Positions 9,712-19,643 of a DNA stretch of 64,000 nucleotides are shown piece after piece. Position 1 is the first letter of the stretch. Each line of letters opens with the position of its first letter. Source of the DNA: an uncultured bacterium (GTDB lineage Bacteria > Patescibacteriota > Minisyncoccia > Phycocordibacterales > Phycocordibacteraceae); the NCBI GenBank assembly GCA_903825105.1, contig CAIJZI010000008.1, forward strand, positions 8,401 through 72,400. The letters run 5' to 3'. A program made the translations under genes and the position numbers. The notes under the pieces are model-generated. The model did not search any database. It had not been told where the DNA came from and saw only the letters and a list, made by a program, of their open reading frames with translations.

Positions 9712-10119
9712 ATGTCCACCATCAATCAACTTTCTCGAAAGGGCCGAAAGAACAAAGCGTCTAAGACGAGCGTGCTCGCGCTTACCCGCGGTTTTAATAC
9801 ACTTAAGAATCGACCGACTTTTTATCCGTCTCCGTTTAAGAGAGGGGTCTGCACCAAGGTCACGACCAAGACGCCTCGTAAGCCGAACTCCGCTATTCGA
9901 AAGATCGCGCGCGTGCGCCTCACGAACGGTATGGAGGTCACAGCTTACATCCCAGGCATCGGGCACAACCTTCAGGAACACTCAGTCGTTCTGCTTCGCG
10001 GTGGCCGTGTTAAGGACATCGGCGTGCAGTACACGATCGTTCGCGGGAAGCTCGACACAACTGGCGTCGACAAACGCCGCAAAGCGCGCTCACGATACGG
10101 AGCGAAGAAGCCGAAATAA
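9712..10119 (+). CDS. rpsL: 30S ribosomal protein S12
   Basis: MSTINQL...PKKPNSA...RGGRVKD canonical S12 sequence. Confidence 0.97.
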   Translation: MSTINQLSRKGRKNKASKTSVLALTRGFNTLKNRPTFYPSPFKRGVCTKVTTKTPRKPNSAIRKIARVRLTNGMEVTAYIPGIGHNLQEHSVVLLRGGRVKDIGVQYTIVRGKLDTTGVDKRRKARSRYGAKKPK

Positions 10120-10159
10120 TCTTTTATTTTTAAATATTTAAACATTTAAATATCTTTAT

Positions 10160-10624
10160 ATGCGCCGACCACTGAAACACAAGAGAACCTGGAGACCAGA
10201 TCTGAAGTATGGATCTGAAACTTTGTCGCGCTTTATAAACGCAGTGATGTGGAGCGGGAAGAAGGATACCGCGCGCGCAGTCGTCTATGATGCCTTCGCT
10301 GTGATAGAAAAGGATGGCGCGAATTCGCTCGAAACCTTTGAAGCAGCGCTCCGCAATGTCTCGCCTCTTATGGAGGTGCGTTCTCGACGTGTCGGTGGCG
10401 CGAACTATCAGGTGCCACGCGAAGTCCCACAGAATCGCCGCCTCGCACTCGCATTCCGTTGGCTTATCAACGCCGCCCGCTCTAAGAAGGGAAAGCCTAT
10501 GGCAGAAAAGCTCGCCGCCGAGCTCCTCCTCGCCGCAAAGAATGAAGGTGATGCGATTAAGAAGCGCGATGAGATGCATCGTATGGCAGAAGCGAACAAG
10601 GCTTTTGCTCACTTCGCTTGGTAA
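10160..10624 (+). CDS. rpsG: 30S ribosomal protein S7
   Basis: MRRPLKHKR... S7 signature; follows rpsL as in the str operon. Confidence 0.97.
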   Translation: MRRPLKHKRTWRPDLKYGSETLSRFINAVMWSGKKDTARAVVYDAFAVIEKDGANSLETFEAALRNVSPLMEVRSRRVGGANYQVPREVPQNRRLALAFRWLINAARSKKGKPMAEKLAAELLLAAKNEGDAIKKRDEMHRMAEANKAFAHFAW

Positions 10625-10685
10625 TTTGCGAAGCAAATTACCCTGAGCGTAGTCGAAAGGTTGGTTTTTGTGCTATATTTTTTAT

Positions 10686-10997
10686 ATGAAATATCGCAAC
10701 ACACTCCAGAAAGGTTCAGTACGCAACATAATCTTTCGCCAAGGGAAGGTGTGGTTTGGGGTGGCTCTAGAATTTAACATTGTTGAAACAGGGGATGACG
10801 CACAAGAAGTAATGATTCTTCTTGAAGAGGCGGTGCGCGGCTATCTCGCCTCAGCTCGTAAAGGTAAATTGAACGCAGCTGTTCTCAATCAGAAATCAGA
10901 ACCAGAATATGAAAATCTATGGCTTGGGAAAAATAATCCAAAGTTGATCCCGTCTCCCATTCAGATACACACTTTTAGCGAACGAACCTTTGCATAA
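10686..10997 (+). CDS. hicB: HicB-family antitoxin-like protein (N-terminal HicB fold only)
   Basis: About 100-aa protein immediately upstream of a clear HicA; AT-rich relative to flanks; HicB-like beta-alpha pattern (VALEFNIVETGDDAQEVMILLEEAVRGYL). Confidence 0.5.
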   Translation: MKYRNTLQKGSVRNIIFRQGKVWFGVALEFNIVETGDDAQEVMILLEEAVRGYLASARKGKLNAAVLNQKSEPEYENLWLGKNNPKLIPSPIQIHTFSERTFA

Positions 10998-11002
10998 TTT
11001 CT

Positions 11003-11239
11003 ATGCCGCGCGGGCTCAATAACTGGTCTTTTAGGGACATAAAACATTTTCTAGAACAACACAATTTTCATTTGAATCACATCGAAGGTAGTCATTATTT
11101 TTACACCGGTTCCTACAGAGGAGTCGTCCGCCAAGTTTCAATCCCATTTCACGGGTCAAAAACGATTCATCCTAAGACGATGAAAAGTATTGTGCGCCAG
11201 TCCGGCGTCCCGCAAGAAGAGTGGATGAAATATAAATAA
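11003..11239 (+). CDS. hicA: HicA-family mRNA interferase toxin (YcfA-like)
   Basis: 78 aa with GSH motif and HGSKTIHPKTMKSIVRQSGV C-terminus typical of HicA; 6 nt after the hicB stop. Confidence 0.7.
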   Translation: MPRGLNNWSFRDIKHFLEQHNFHLNHIEGSHYFYTGSYRGVVRQVSIPFHGSKTIHPKTMKSIVRQSGVPQEEWMKYK

Positions 11240-11311
11240 CAATAAACTGCGATTGACACTTTGTGTCAGGGGGGGGGGTAGGATTAAGGGTGTTATTAAT
11301 CCAAAAAATAT

Positions 11312-11854
11312 ATGAGCATAGAAAATCCCGAAAAATATACTCCAAGCGATGAAGAAATTAAAAAAGCAGGAGAAAATATGACAGATGCGCAAGCATATAT
11401 ATCAAACAAAAGAGAAGAGAGCGTCAAAAAATTAAAAGAAATTGGTGTAGATGGTTATTTAGAGAGACTCAGTGACGGGAAGATAAGCGGTAAAATTAAT
11501 GGTCATAAAATTGAGATTGTCCAAACTGGCGATAGCCATATGTTTCCTCATTATGAGGTTTTTGTTGATGATAATTTTAAATTAACAGAAGGCGAAGCTC
11601 ATCGCTTCGCACATAAATACCTTGGTTATAATTCTGAAAATGTCGCTGGCTACATAAAGTCTGAACGAAAGACCGTAATGATAAATTATAAAAAACTCGA
11701 TGGCACCTTAGGAAGGTATAGTGATACTACACATAAAAATATCGACATGCTCAAAGAAGCAGAGAAATTAACAAGAACAGAAGAGGGACAAAGACAAATT
11801 GAAGAACAAATTCAAGCAAAGGGAGAAAAAATGCTGAAAGAAATAGGTTTGTAA
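11312..11854 (+). CDS. hypothetical protein (180 aa), strongly AT-rich, horizontally acquired
   Basis: Long ORF with about 35% GC versus about 53% in flanking genes; preceded by a G10 tract and palindromes. Confidence 0.55.
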   Translation: MSIENPEKYTPSDEEIKKAGENMTDAQAYISNKREESVKKLKEIGVDGYLERLSDGKISGKINGHKIEIVQTGDSHMFPHYEVFVDDNFKLTEGEAHRFAHKYLGYNSENVAGYIKSERKTVMINYKKLDGTLGRYSDTTHKNIDMLKEAEKLTRTEEGQRQIEEQIQAKGEKMLKEIGL

Positions 11855-11925
11855 TTCAAAAGTTGACTCCTTTGCGCTTTAACCTTATATTTCTCTGCGG
11901 GTTGTACAAATTCAAAAACAAAAAA

Positions 11926-12126
11926 ATGAAAGGGGAAATAGAGTTGCCACCGTCTATTCAAGAAATAAACAGTGACGAAAAGTGTCGTTACTGTAATCTG
12001 CCAAGGGGATTGCACGGCATTTATGCCAGGCTTTTCAAGCGTCGGGGCGAGCTCGACCACCAAGGGCATCATGGCGACGACGAAGAGCCCGAATGCTCCG
12101 GCTTCGAGTCGGCGTCGATAACTTAA
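11926..12126 (+). CDS. possible small Cys/His-rich protein (66 aa from MKGEI...)
   Basis: CRYC...HQGHHG...C motif; followed by a plus-oriented terminator; competes with an antisense ORF, so low confidence. Confidence 0.25.
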   Translation: MKGEIELPPSIQEINSDEKCRYCNLPRGLHGIYARLFKRRGELDHQGHHGDDEEPECSGFESASIT

Positions 12127-12143
12127 ACCCAATCAACCCAACA

Positions 12144-12180
12144 GAGGTGGGACCCTACAGTCCCGCCTCTTTGCTTTTTC
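12144..12180 (+). terminator. intrinsic terminator (GAGGTGGGAC...GTCCCGCCTC + U-run)
   Basis: 10-bp stem with one G-U pair, followed by TTTGCTTTTT. Confidence 0.7.
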
Positions 12181-12240
12181 ACCATTTTCAGCTATTGTAC
12201 TTATAACGCCTCGGCGTCTTTTTATTTCCTACTATTATTT

Positions 12241-14388
12241 ATGAACCGCGACTATCCACTAGAAAAAGTGCGCAACTTCGGCATCATCGCTCACATCGAC
12301 GCGGGCAAGACGACTGTGTCTGAGCGCATCCTCTTTTATACCGGCAGTCAGCACAAGATCGGCGAGGTGCACGAGGGCGAGACCACGACCGACTGGATGG
12401 AACAGGAGCGCGAGCGCGGCATCACTATTACCTCGGCTGCTATCACTTGTTTCTGGAGCCGAACGAGCGAGAAAGATAAAAAGGATGTTTCGAAGAAAAC
12501 GCGTTTCAATATTATCGACACTCCGGGGCACATCGACTTTACCGCCGAGGTGCAGCGTTCTATGCGTGTGCTCGACGGCGCGATAGTCGTCTTCGACGGC
12601 GTGTCTGGGGTAGAACCACAGTCAGAGACCAACTGGCGCTATGCCGACGACGCGAGTGTCCCGCGCATCTGTTTCATCAATAAGCTTGATCGCATCGGCG
12701 CTTCGTTCGAGCGTTCCTATGCGAGCATTCTCGACCGGCTTTCACCAAAGGCGATTCGTATGCAGATTCCTATCGGAGAAGAATCTCTCCATGAAGGCTC
12801 GATCGATCTCCTCACGATGAAAGGGTACAATTTCGTCGGCAATATGGGCGAAGAAGTTGTTGAAATCCCTGTCCCAGAGAGCCTTCTCGAAGAGGCGAAG
12901 AAATATCGTTCAGAACTTATCGAGCGCATCGTTGAACAGGATGACGCGGCGATGAATGCATATCTCGAAGGGAAGGAACCGTCGCTTGAAGAATTAAAAG
13001 CAATTTTGCACAAGGCAGTTGTCGCGAATCAGATTTTCCCTGTCTACTGTGGCAGCGCGCTTCATAATAAAGGTGTTCAGCTCGTACTCGACGCCGTTGT
13101 CGATTATCTTCCTTCACCGAAGGAGTTGAAGCCAGTTACTGGCATTAATCCTAAGACTGGTGGACCTGTCGAGCGCCATGCCGCTGACGATGAGCCATTT
13201 TGTGCGCTCGCCTTTAAGCTTCAGACCGACCCGTTCGTTGGTGCATTAACCTTCTTCCGTGTGTATTCAGGAACGCTCTCTGCTGGCTCGTATGTCTATA
13301 ACTCGACCACAGGTTCAAAGGAGCGCGTGGGCCGTATCGTGCGTCTTCAGGCAGACAAAAGAGAAGAAGTGGCACAAGTTTTCACAGGAGAAATCGCTGC
13401 TGCTGTCGGTTTGAAAGATACGAAGACTTCGCACACGCTCTGTGACGAAGCGAATCCGATTATTCTCGAACAGATTAAATTCCCTGAACCAGTGGTGTCG
13501 CTTCGCATCGAACCGAAGACCAAGGCTGACCAAGAAAAAATGGGTGTCGCTCTGCGTAAGCTCTCTGACGAAGACCCGACCTTCCGCGTCTCGGGCGATG
13601 AAGAGACGGGCGAGACGATTATTTCTGGTATGGGTGAACTTCACCTCGAAATTCTCGTTGACCGAATGAAGCGTGAATTTAGCGTGATCGCTGATGTGGG
13701 GAAGCCGCAGGTGGCGTATCGCGAAACGATTCTCGGCGCTGCTGATGCTGAAGGGAAGTATATTAAGCAGACCGGTGGTCGCGGCCAGTATGGCCATGTG
13801 AAAATTAAATTGAAAAAGCTCGAACCGCTCGAAGAGGGTGCGAAGATCTCGAAGAATATCACGCGCGAAGACCACTTCGAATTCATCAACAACATCAAGG
13901 GGGGTGTCGTGCCACAAGAATATATCCCAGCGGTGGAGAAGGGCGTTCGCGAAGCGATGGCGAGAGGATTCCTCGCAGGCTTCCCGATGGTGGATGTGTC
14001 AGTCGACCTCTACGACGGTTCGTATCACGATGTCGACTCTTCAGAAATCGCTTTCAAAATCGCGGCATCAATGGCCTTTCAAGATGCAGCAGGGAAGGCG
14101 AAGGCAGTTATTCTCGAGCCGATTATGCGCGTGGAAGTCATTGTCCCAGATAAGTTTATGGGCGACATCACTGGCAACTTGTCAGGAAAGCGCGGGCAGA
14201 TCGAAGGCACCGAAGAGCGTGGAATGAATAAGGCGGTGCATGCGAAAGTGCCGCTCTCTGAAATGTTCGGTTATACCACAACGCTGCGCTCAATGACTGA
14301 AGGCCGCGGCAATATGACGATGGAGTTCGACCACTACGGCGTCGTGCCAAACAACATCGCGACGGACATTATTGCAAGTCGGAAGTAA
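12241..14388 (+). CDS. fusA: elongation factor G
   Basis: [17 protein letters not shown] and NKLDR GTPase motifs; 715 aa. Confidence 0.98.
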   Translation: MNRDYPLEKVRNFGIIAHIDAGKTTVSERILFYTGSQHKIGEVHEGETTTDWMEQERERGITITSAAITCFWSRTSEKDKKDVSKKTRFNIIDTPGHIDFTAEVQRSMRVLDGAIVVFDGVSGVEPQSETNWRYADDASVPRICFINKLDRIGASFERSYASILDRLSPKAIRMQIPIGEESLHEGSIDLLTMKGYNFVGNMGEEVVEIPVPESLLEEAKKYRSELIERIVEQDDAAMNAYLEGKEPSLEELKAILHKAVVANQIFPVYCGSALHNKGVQLVLDAVVDYLPSPKELKPVTGINPKTGGPVERHAADDEPFCALAFKLQTDPFVGALTFFRVYSGTLSAGSYVYNSTTGSKERVGRIVRLQADKREEVAQVFTGEIAAAVGLKDTKTSHTLCDEANPIILEQIKFPEPVVSLRIEPKTKADQEKMGVALRKLSDEDPTFRVSGDEETGETIISGMGELHLEILVDRMKREFSVIADVGKPQVAYRETILGAADAEGKYIKQTGGRGQYGHVKIKLKKLEPLEEGAKISKNITREDHFEFINNIKGGVVPQEYIPAVEKGVREAMARGFLAGFPMVDVSVDLYDGSYHDVDSSEIAFKIAASMAFQDAAGKAKAVILEPIMRVEVIVPDKFMGDITGNLSGKRGQIEGTEERGMNKAVHAKVPLSEMFGYTTTLRSMTEGRGNMTMEFDHYGVVPNNIATDIIASRK

Positions 14389-14509
14389 TAAACATCTTGC
14401 ATTTATATGTACCATTGCGTATAGTTGTTAGAACGCATTGAGGCGTAACTCGACTGGTGTTTTGTCGAGGATTTATTCGTGATTTTATTAATTTAAATTA
14501 CCAGATACT

Positions 14510-15709
14510 ATGGCAGAATTTAATCGTTCGAAGCCGCACATGAATGTCGGCACCATCGGTCACGTTGACCACGGGAAGACGACGCTTACCGCGTCTATTC
14601 TCCACATCCTCTCGATGATGACAGCGCAGGGCTACAGCGCACGCGTCGAAGGAGTTGACAATATCGACAGCGCCCCAGAAGAGAAGGCACGCGGGATCAC
14701 TATCGCTCTCCACCACTCGGAGTACGAGACCCCGAATCGTCACTACGCACACATCGACGCCCCAGGGCACGCTGACTACATCAAGAACATGATTACTGGT
14801 GCTGCCCAGATGGACGGCGCAGTACTCGTGGTCGCAGCGACTGACGGTGTGATGCCTCAGACACGCGAGCACATCCTTCTCGCGAAGCAGGTGGGTCTTA
14901 AGAAGCTCATCGTATTCATCAACAAGGTGGATATGGTCGCAGAAGCAGATCTTGTTGACCTCGTTGAAGAAGAAATTCGCGAATTGCTCACCAAACAGGG
15001 CTACGATGGTACAAACACGCCGATTATCCGCGGCTCAGGCCTCAAGGCCCTTGACGCTAAGAGCGTTGATGAAGAGTACGCAGTGAAGGTGAAGGAACTC
15101 GTCGACACAATGGACACCTACTTCGATCTCCCAGAGCGCGAAATCAGCAAGCCATTCCTTATGCCGATTGAAGACATCTTCTCGATCGAAGGTCGTGGCA
15201 CAGTGGTCACTGGCCGTATCGAGCGCGGTGTTATCAAGGTTGGTGAGGAAGTTGAAATTGTTGGTATCAAGCCAACAGCTAAGACGACCGTCACCGGTAT
15301 TGAAATGTTCAACAAGCAGCTCCAAGAGGGAACAGCAGGCGACAATGCCGGCATTCTTCTCCGCGGAACGAAGAAGGAGGATGTGCACCGTGGCCAGGTT
15401 CTCGCGAAGACTGGCTCGGTCACTCCACACACCGACTTCGAAGCAGAGGTGTATGTTCTTGGAAAGGATGAAGGAGGCCGTCACACGCCATTCTTCTCTG
15501 GCTACAAGCCACAGTTCTATATCCGAACCACAGATGTTACGGGCGAAGTAACGCTCGCAGATGGAAAGGAAATGGTGATGCCAGGCGATACAACAACCTT
15601 CAAGGTTAAACTTGTTGCCCCAGTCGCTCTCGAAGCAGAACAGCACTTCGCTATTCGCGAAGGAGGTAAGACCGTCGGCGCTGGCGTCGTGACGAAGATC
15701 ACTGCGTAG
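14510..15709 (+). CDS. tuf: elongation factor Tu
   Basis: [21 protein letters not shown]; 399 aa; own promoter TTGCAT-N17-TATAGT at about 14399-14428. Confidence 0.98.
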   Translation: MAEFNRSKPHMNVGTIGHVDHGKTTLTASILHILSMMTAQGYSARVEGVDNIDSAPEEKARGITIALHHSEYETPNRHYAHIDAPGHADYIKNMITGAAQMDGAVLVVAATDGVMPQTREHILLAKQVGLKKLIVFINKVDMVAEADLVDLVEEEIRELLTKQGYDGTNTPIIRGSGLKALDAKSVDEEYAVKVKELVDTMDTYFDLPEREISKPFLMPIEDIFSIEGRGTVVTGRIERGVIKVGEEVEIVGIKPTAKTTVTGIEMFNKQLQEGTAGDNAGILLRGTKKEDVHRGQVLAKTGSVTPHTDFEAEVYVLGKDEGGRHTPFFSGYKPQFYIRTTDVTGEVTLADGKEMVMPGDTTTFKVKLVAPVALEAEQHFAIREGGKTVGAGVVTKITA

Positions 15710-15793
15710 ATAAAAGATGTAAGGTTCAAGGTATAAGCAAAATTCAAAAAATAATTACTTAAACCTTAAATCTTATCCCTTACACCTACTCTC

Positions 15794-16201
15794 ATGCCTA
15801 CAGCTAAGACTACAAAGCCAATAGCGAAGAAAGCAAAAGCAGCTCCTAAAAAAGTTGCTGCGAAGAAAACCGCACCAGTAGCTGTCGCTCCAGCCGAGCA
15901 CAAGCTGCGCATCCGCGTCTGTGCCTACGAGCACAAGATTCTTGATCTCTCGGTGAAGCAGATTATGGACACCGCCGCCCGCTTTGATGCGGTCGTCGTT
16001 GGCCCAGTCCCGCTCCCGACTGAGATTAAGCGTTGGACAGTGAACCGTTCTACCTTCGTCCACAAGGACGCTCGCGAACAGTTCGAGATGCGCATCCACA
16101 AACGCCTCATAGATATTCTCAATCCTCTCCCGAAGGTGATCGAGGCCCTCACGAACCTCAATCTCCCAAGCGGAGTCACGATAGATGTGAAGATGGTTTA
16201 G
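15794..16201 (+). CDS. rpsJ: 30S ribosomal protein S10 with 30-aa Lys/Ala-rich N-terminal extension
   Basis: Core RIRVCAYEHKILD...THKDAREQFEMRIHKRLIDI matches S10; extra basic N-tail. Confidence 0.93.
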   Translation: MPTAKTTKPIAKKAKAAPKKVAAKKTAPVAVAPAEHKLRIRVCAYEHKILDLSVKQIMDTAARFDAVVVGPVPLPTEIKRWTVNRSTFVHKDAREQFEMRIHKRLIDILNPLPKVIEALTNLNLPSGVTIDVKMV

Positions 16202-16234
16202 CCTGAGCGAAGTCGAAGGCTTGCCAAAAACAAC

Positions 16235-16266
16235 AAAACCGGCTCACGCCGGTTTTGTTGTTTTTG
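16235..16266 (+). terminator. intrinsic terminator after rpsJ
   Basis: AAAACCGGCtcacGCCGGTTTTgttgttttt. Confidence 0.7.
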
Positions 16267-16319
16267 CTTGCATAAAATATTTTATATTATAGAATATTGA
16301 ACGGAGAAAGGAGTCTGGT

Positions 16320-16586
16320 ATGGGATATTTTGTCCCGTTTTTGGTTGAGTGCCGTGGCTGCTGGAACAGGAGTCGGCCTGACAGAAATGTGAAAGAATCA
16401 ATCCGCAAAGTTCTCGCTGGCGAATTCAAAGTCTGCAACAACTGCGGCCGTGATCTCATTGAGATTCAAGTGCCAAACAGAAAAGCGGTGCAGGAAGTTC
16501 TGAAATCGCTCGGAGGAGTTCTTCCGGAACATGTAATCATTGTTGATTACATCGGTGGGAAGTACCCAGCGAGAGGCATCGTCTAA
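16320..16586 (+). CDS. hypothetical zinc-ribbon protein (CxxC...CxxC), inserted between rpsJ and rplC
   Basis: ECRGC...VCNNCG pairs; flanked by terminators on both sides. Confidence 0.45.
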   Translation: MGYFVPFLVECRGCWNRSRPDRNVKESIRKVLAGEFKVCNNCGRDLIEIQVPNRKAVQEVLKSLGGVLPEHVIIVDYIGGKYPARGIV

Positions 16587-16590
16587 CTAG

Positions 16591-16633
16591 CGCACGCAGG
16601 GATCATTGATAATCCTTGCGTGCGTTTCTTTTT
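16591..16633 (+). terminator. intrinsic terminator
   Basis: CGCACGCAGGG...CCTTGCGTGCG stem then TTTCTTTTT. Confidence 0.65.
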
Positions 16634-16682
16634 AAGTAGTTGCATCTTTTTATACTATCGTGTAGAGTACTTGAAACGCTAT

Positions 16683-16749
16683 GTCCTTAGCAAAAGCGAA
16701 GGACCTATGGCAGAACGCGCGATGCGTCTCTGCATCGCGCGTTTTTCTT
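16683..16749 (+). promoter_or_regulatory. structured leader upstream of rplC: two hairpins, the second (GCGCGATGC..GCATCGCGC) followed by U-tract 5 nt before the ATG; attenuator-like
   Basis: Read directly from the sequence; position and shape resemble the L4-controlled S10-operon leader. Confidence 0.4.
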
Positions 16750-16754
16750 AAAAA

Positions 16755-17414
16755 ATGAAATTCATTCTCGCAAAAAAGGAAGGAATGACCCGAGTCTTCG
16801 GGGAAGATGGTCGCGCGCGAGCGGGGACTATTCTTCTTGCTGACCCTATTGTCGTGACGCAGGTGAAGACCAAAGAAGGGAAGGATAAATATTCTGCTAT
16901 TCAGGTCGGCATGGGCTCGCGAAAGGCGAAGAATGTCGGTAAGGCGGTCTTGGGTCACACCAAAGGTGTTGGCTATGAAAAGATTCGCGAATTCCGTCTC
17001 CCAACTTCATCGACTGAAGTTATGGCGGGCGAAGTCGGCGGAAAGATCGATGCTTCAATATTCGCTGTCGGCGAAGTGGTGCGCGTTTCTGGTATTACAA
17101 AAGGAAAAGGCTTCGCGGGCGGTGTGAAGCGTCACGGCTTCCACGGCGGCCCACGCACACACGGTCAGAAGCATTCTGAACGCGAGCCGGGAGCTATCGG
17201 CGGTTCGGGCGGTCGCGCAGGCGGTCGCGTCGCGAAGGGTATTCGTATGGCAGGAAGAATGGGCGGCGACAAGGTCACGGTCGAGAACCTTAAAGTGCTC
17301 GCGGTCGATGCTAAAAACGGAAAGATTATCGTCTCTGGCGCAGTCCCAGGGCCGCGCGGTACGATTCTCGAGATAACTTCAGTACCGGCTATGAAGCACG
17401 GTCGAACTGCATAA
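16755..17414 (+). CDS. rplC: 50S ribosomal protein L3
   Basis: 219 aa; GKGFAGGVKRHGF motif. Confidence 0.97.
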   Translation: MKFILAKKEGMTRVFGEDGRARAGTILLADPIVVTQVKTKEGKDKYSAIQVGMGSRKAKNVGKAVLGHTKGVGYEKIREFRLPTSSTEVMAGEVGGKIDASIFAVGEVVRVSGITKGKGFAGGVKRHGFHGGPRTHGQKHSEREPGAIGGSGGRAGGRVAKGIRMAGRMGGDKVTVENLKVLAVDAKNGKIIVSGAVPGPRGTILEITSVPAMKHGRTA

Positions 17415-17424
17415 TTTACATACC

Positions 17425-18135
17425 ATGGCTACAACAAATAAAATCGCGAAGAAGACAAAAGAGGCGCCAAACGAGCTCCCGATTTTCTCGATGACGGGAG
17501 AAAAGGTTGGTTCAATCGCATTGCCGAGTCAAATTTTTAACGCTCCGTGGCGTGCTGACCTCGTGCACCAAGTGACGACAGCGATGCAGGCGAATCTACG
17601 CCAGAATCGTGCACACACCAAAGATCGCGCAGAAGTCTCTGGCGGCGGCAAGAAACCGTGGAAGCAGAAGGGGACAGGTCAGGCGCGCGTCGGCTCGAGC
17701 CGCTCACCACTCTGGCGTCACGGCGGCGTAACCTTTGGTCCACGAAGCGAACGCGACTACAGCGAGAAGATTAATAAGAAGATGCGTGTCGGCGCGCTCC
17801 TCTCGGTTCTCTCCCAGAAGGCAAAGGACGGCGAAATCGTCTTGGTCGATCATTTCTCATTCGCGAAGCCATCGGCGAAGACGGCGAAGATCGCGATGCA
17901 GGCGCTCGCGAAAGGTACTGACGCACGATTCCTCTCAAAGAAGAAAAATGCTGCACTTCTCGCGCTCTCTTCATACGACACGAATTCCATTAAGAGTTTC
18001 AGCAACTTCGGCAATATGAAGACAGAAGAAGTGAGAAATATTAATCCACTCGAGATAATGACCCATAAGTATCTCATTATCGAGAACCCTGAAAAGGCAT
18101 TTGGAGAAATTCTTTCTCGCACCAATTTCAAATAA
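17425..18135 (+). CDS. rplD: 50S ribosomal protein L4
   Basis: 236 aa; KKPWKQKGTGQARVGS motif. Confidence 0.96.
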   Translation: MATTNKIAKKTKEAPNELPIFSMTGEKVGSIALPSQIFNAPWRADLVHQVTTAMQANLRQNRAHTKDRAEVSGGGKKPWKQKGTGQARVGSSRSPLWRHGGVTFGPRSERDYSEKINKKMRVGALLSVLSQKAKDGEIVLVDHFSFAKPSAKTAKIAMQALAKGTDARFLSKKKNAALLALSSYDTNSIKSFSNFGNMKTEEVRNINPLEIMTHKYLIIENPEKAFGEILSRTNFK

Positions 18136-18140
18136 ATTTT

Positions 18141-18515
18141 ATGGCACTATTTACTACCAAAAAGAAAGAAGTGAAATCAAAAAGCGATAAAGTCGCTCGT
18201 GTGTACCACGCTCGCGCGAATAAGCTCAAAGATGGTATCGCACACGAAGTGATTCTCGCGCCTTGGTTTTCTGAAAAGTCGCTTCTTATGACCGAGAAGG
18301 GAGTCTACACCTTCGCAGTGCCAAAGCGCGCGACGAAGGCAGACATCGCTGGCGCGATAAAAGAGATTTATAATGTCTCACCACGCGCCGTGCGCGTCGT
18401 GAACATTCCTGGTAAGCGAAAGCCGATGCGCACCAAGCGAGGGGAAGGCACGCGCGCCGAGAGACACAAGGCGTATGTCTACCTCAACGCAGGCGAGACG
18501 ATCTCCTTCACATAA
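18141..18515 (+). CDS. rplW: 50S ribosomal protein L23
   Basis: 124 aa; position and sequence. Confidence 0.93.
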   Translation: MALFTTKKKEVKSKSDKVARVYHARANKLKDGIAHEVILAPWFSEKSLLMTEKGVYTFAVPKRATKADIAGAIKEIYNVSPRAVRVVNIPGKRKPMRTKRGEGTRAERHKAYVYLNAGETISFT

Positions 18516-18520
18516 ATTTT

Positions 18521-19369
18521 ATGAAAACATACAAGCCAACATCAAAGAGCCGCCGAGCAATGACCACGCTCCCATACCGAGAACTTCTCTCGGGCGATGC
18601 TCCACACAAGCCACTCTTGAAAAAGAGCTCGAGCAAGGGTGGGCGTAACAACTTCGGCCGTATCACGGTTCGTCACCAGGGCGGCGGTCAGAAAAAGCGC
18701 TTCCGCGCCGTTGATTTCAAATATGATAAGAAAAATATCCCTGCGAAAATCGAGACCGTAGAATATGATCCGTTTCGCAGTGCCTTCATCGGTCTCGCCC
18801 TCTATCGCGACGGAGAGCGCCGCTATGTCGTCCTTCCAAAAGAGATGAAAGTGGGCAGCACCTTTGTTGTTGGCGAAGAAGTACCGATGACCATCGGTAA
18901 TCGTATGCCACTTGGTAAAATCCCCGTCGGTACCTTTGTTTATAATATCGAGCTCCAGCCAGGCTCAGGAGCTTCGCTCGTCAGAAGCGCGGGCAACTTC
19001 GCAGAAGTGGTCGCGCACGACGCGGGCTATGCACAGATTAAATTGCCATCGACAGAAATTCGTAAGATCTCCGACCTCTGCTACGCGTGTATCGGCGCGG
19101 TCGGCAATGAAGAATACAATCTCGTGGTTATCGGTAAGGCAGGTCGCTCACGATGGCTCGGTATCCGCCCAACAGTGCGCGGAACCGCGATGAACCCAGT
19201 CGATCACCCACACGGCGGTGGTGAAGGTAAGCAGGGAAGAGGCTCTCGTCGAGCGAAGACGATGTGGGGCAAGCCGTCGGGCAAGGGTCAGAAGACGCGC
19301 ACACCAAAGAAATACTCAAATGTGTTTATTGTCTCCCGCCGCAAGGTTGGAAAGAGAAAGAAAGGATAA
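18521..19369 (+). CDS. rplB: 50S ribosomal protein L2
   Basis: 282 aa; RNRMPLGKIPVG...HPHGGGEGK. Confidence 0.97.
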   Translation: MKTYKPTSKSRRAMTTLPYRELLSGDAPHKPLLKKSSSKGGRNNFGRITVRHQGGGQKKRFRAVDFKYDKKNIPAKIETVEYDPFRSAFIGLALYRDGERRYVVLPKEMKVGSTFVVGEEVPMTIGNRMPLGKIPVGTFVYNIELQPGSGASLVRSAGNFAEVVAHDAGYAQIKLPSTEIRKISDLCYACIGAVGNEEYNLVVIGKAGRSRWLGIRPTVRGTAMNPVDHPHGGGEGKQGRGSRRAKTMWGKPSGKGQKTRTPKKYSNVFIVSRRKVGKRKKG

Positions 19370-19388
19370 AAAAATAATAAAAACAAAA

Positions 19389-19416
19389 AGCCGTTCCGCA
19401 AGGAACGGCTTTTTGT
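19389..19416 (+). terminator. intrinsic terminator after rplB
   Basis: AGCCGTTCCgcaaGGAACGGCTTTTTG. Confidence 0.7.
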
Positions 19417-19472
19417 TGACTTTTGGATGGTTTAGGTAGAGATTGCTTGAGGAAGTAAAAAGTGGAGGCGTT

Positions 19473-19637
19473 ATGCCGTTTGTCATACTGCTCGTGGGAA
19501 TTCAAAGATTTTTTCGATTTCTTGGTGGTGCAAGCGATTACGACAAGATCGTGAAAGATCTCGCAGATGCGAAAGAAGAATCAGAACGTATAAAAGAAAA
19601 GTTCAGAAGATTTAGTGGGAATAATTGGATCATCTGA
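19473..19637 (+). CDS. small hypothetical membrane-anchored protein (54 aa)
   Basis: GGAGG SD 5 nt upstream of the ATG; hydrophobic N-terminus then charged helix; possible but unproven partner of the downstream MazF-like gene. Confidence 0.35.
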   Translation: MPFVILLVGIQRFFRFLGGASDYDKIVKDLADAKEESERIKEKFRRFSGNNWII

Positions 19638-19643
19638 ATCACA

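Noticed and set aside
12259-15747. Numerous 60-200-aa ORFs antisense or out of frame within fusA, tuf and ribosomal genes
   Set aside because: They lie inside highly conserved genes on other frames; typical GC-rich spurious ORFs.
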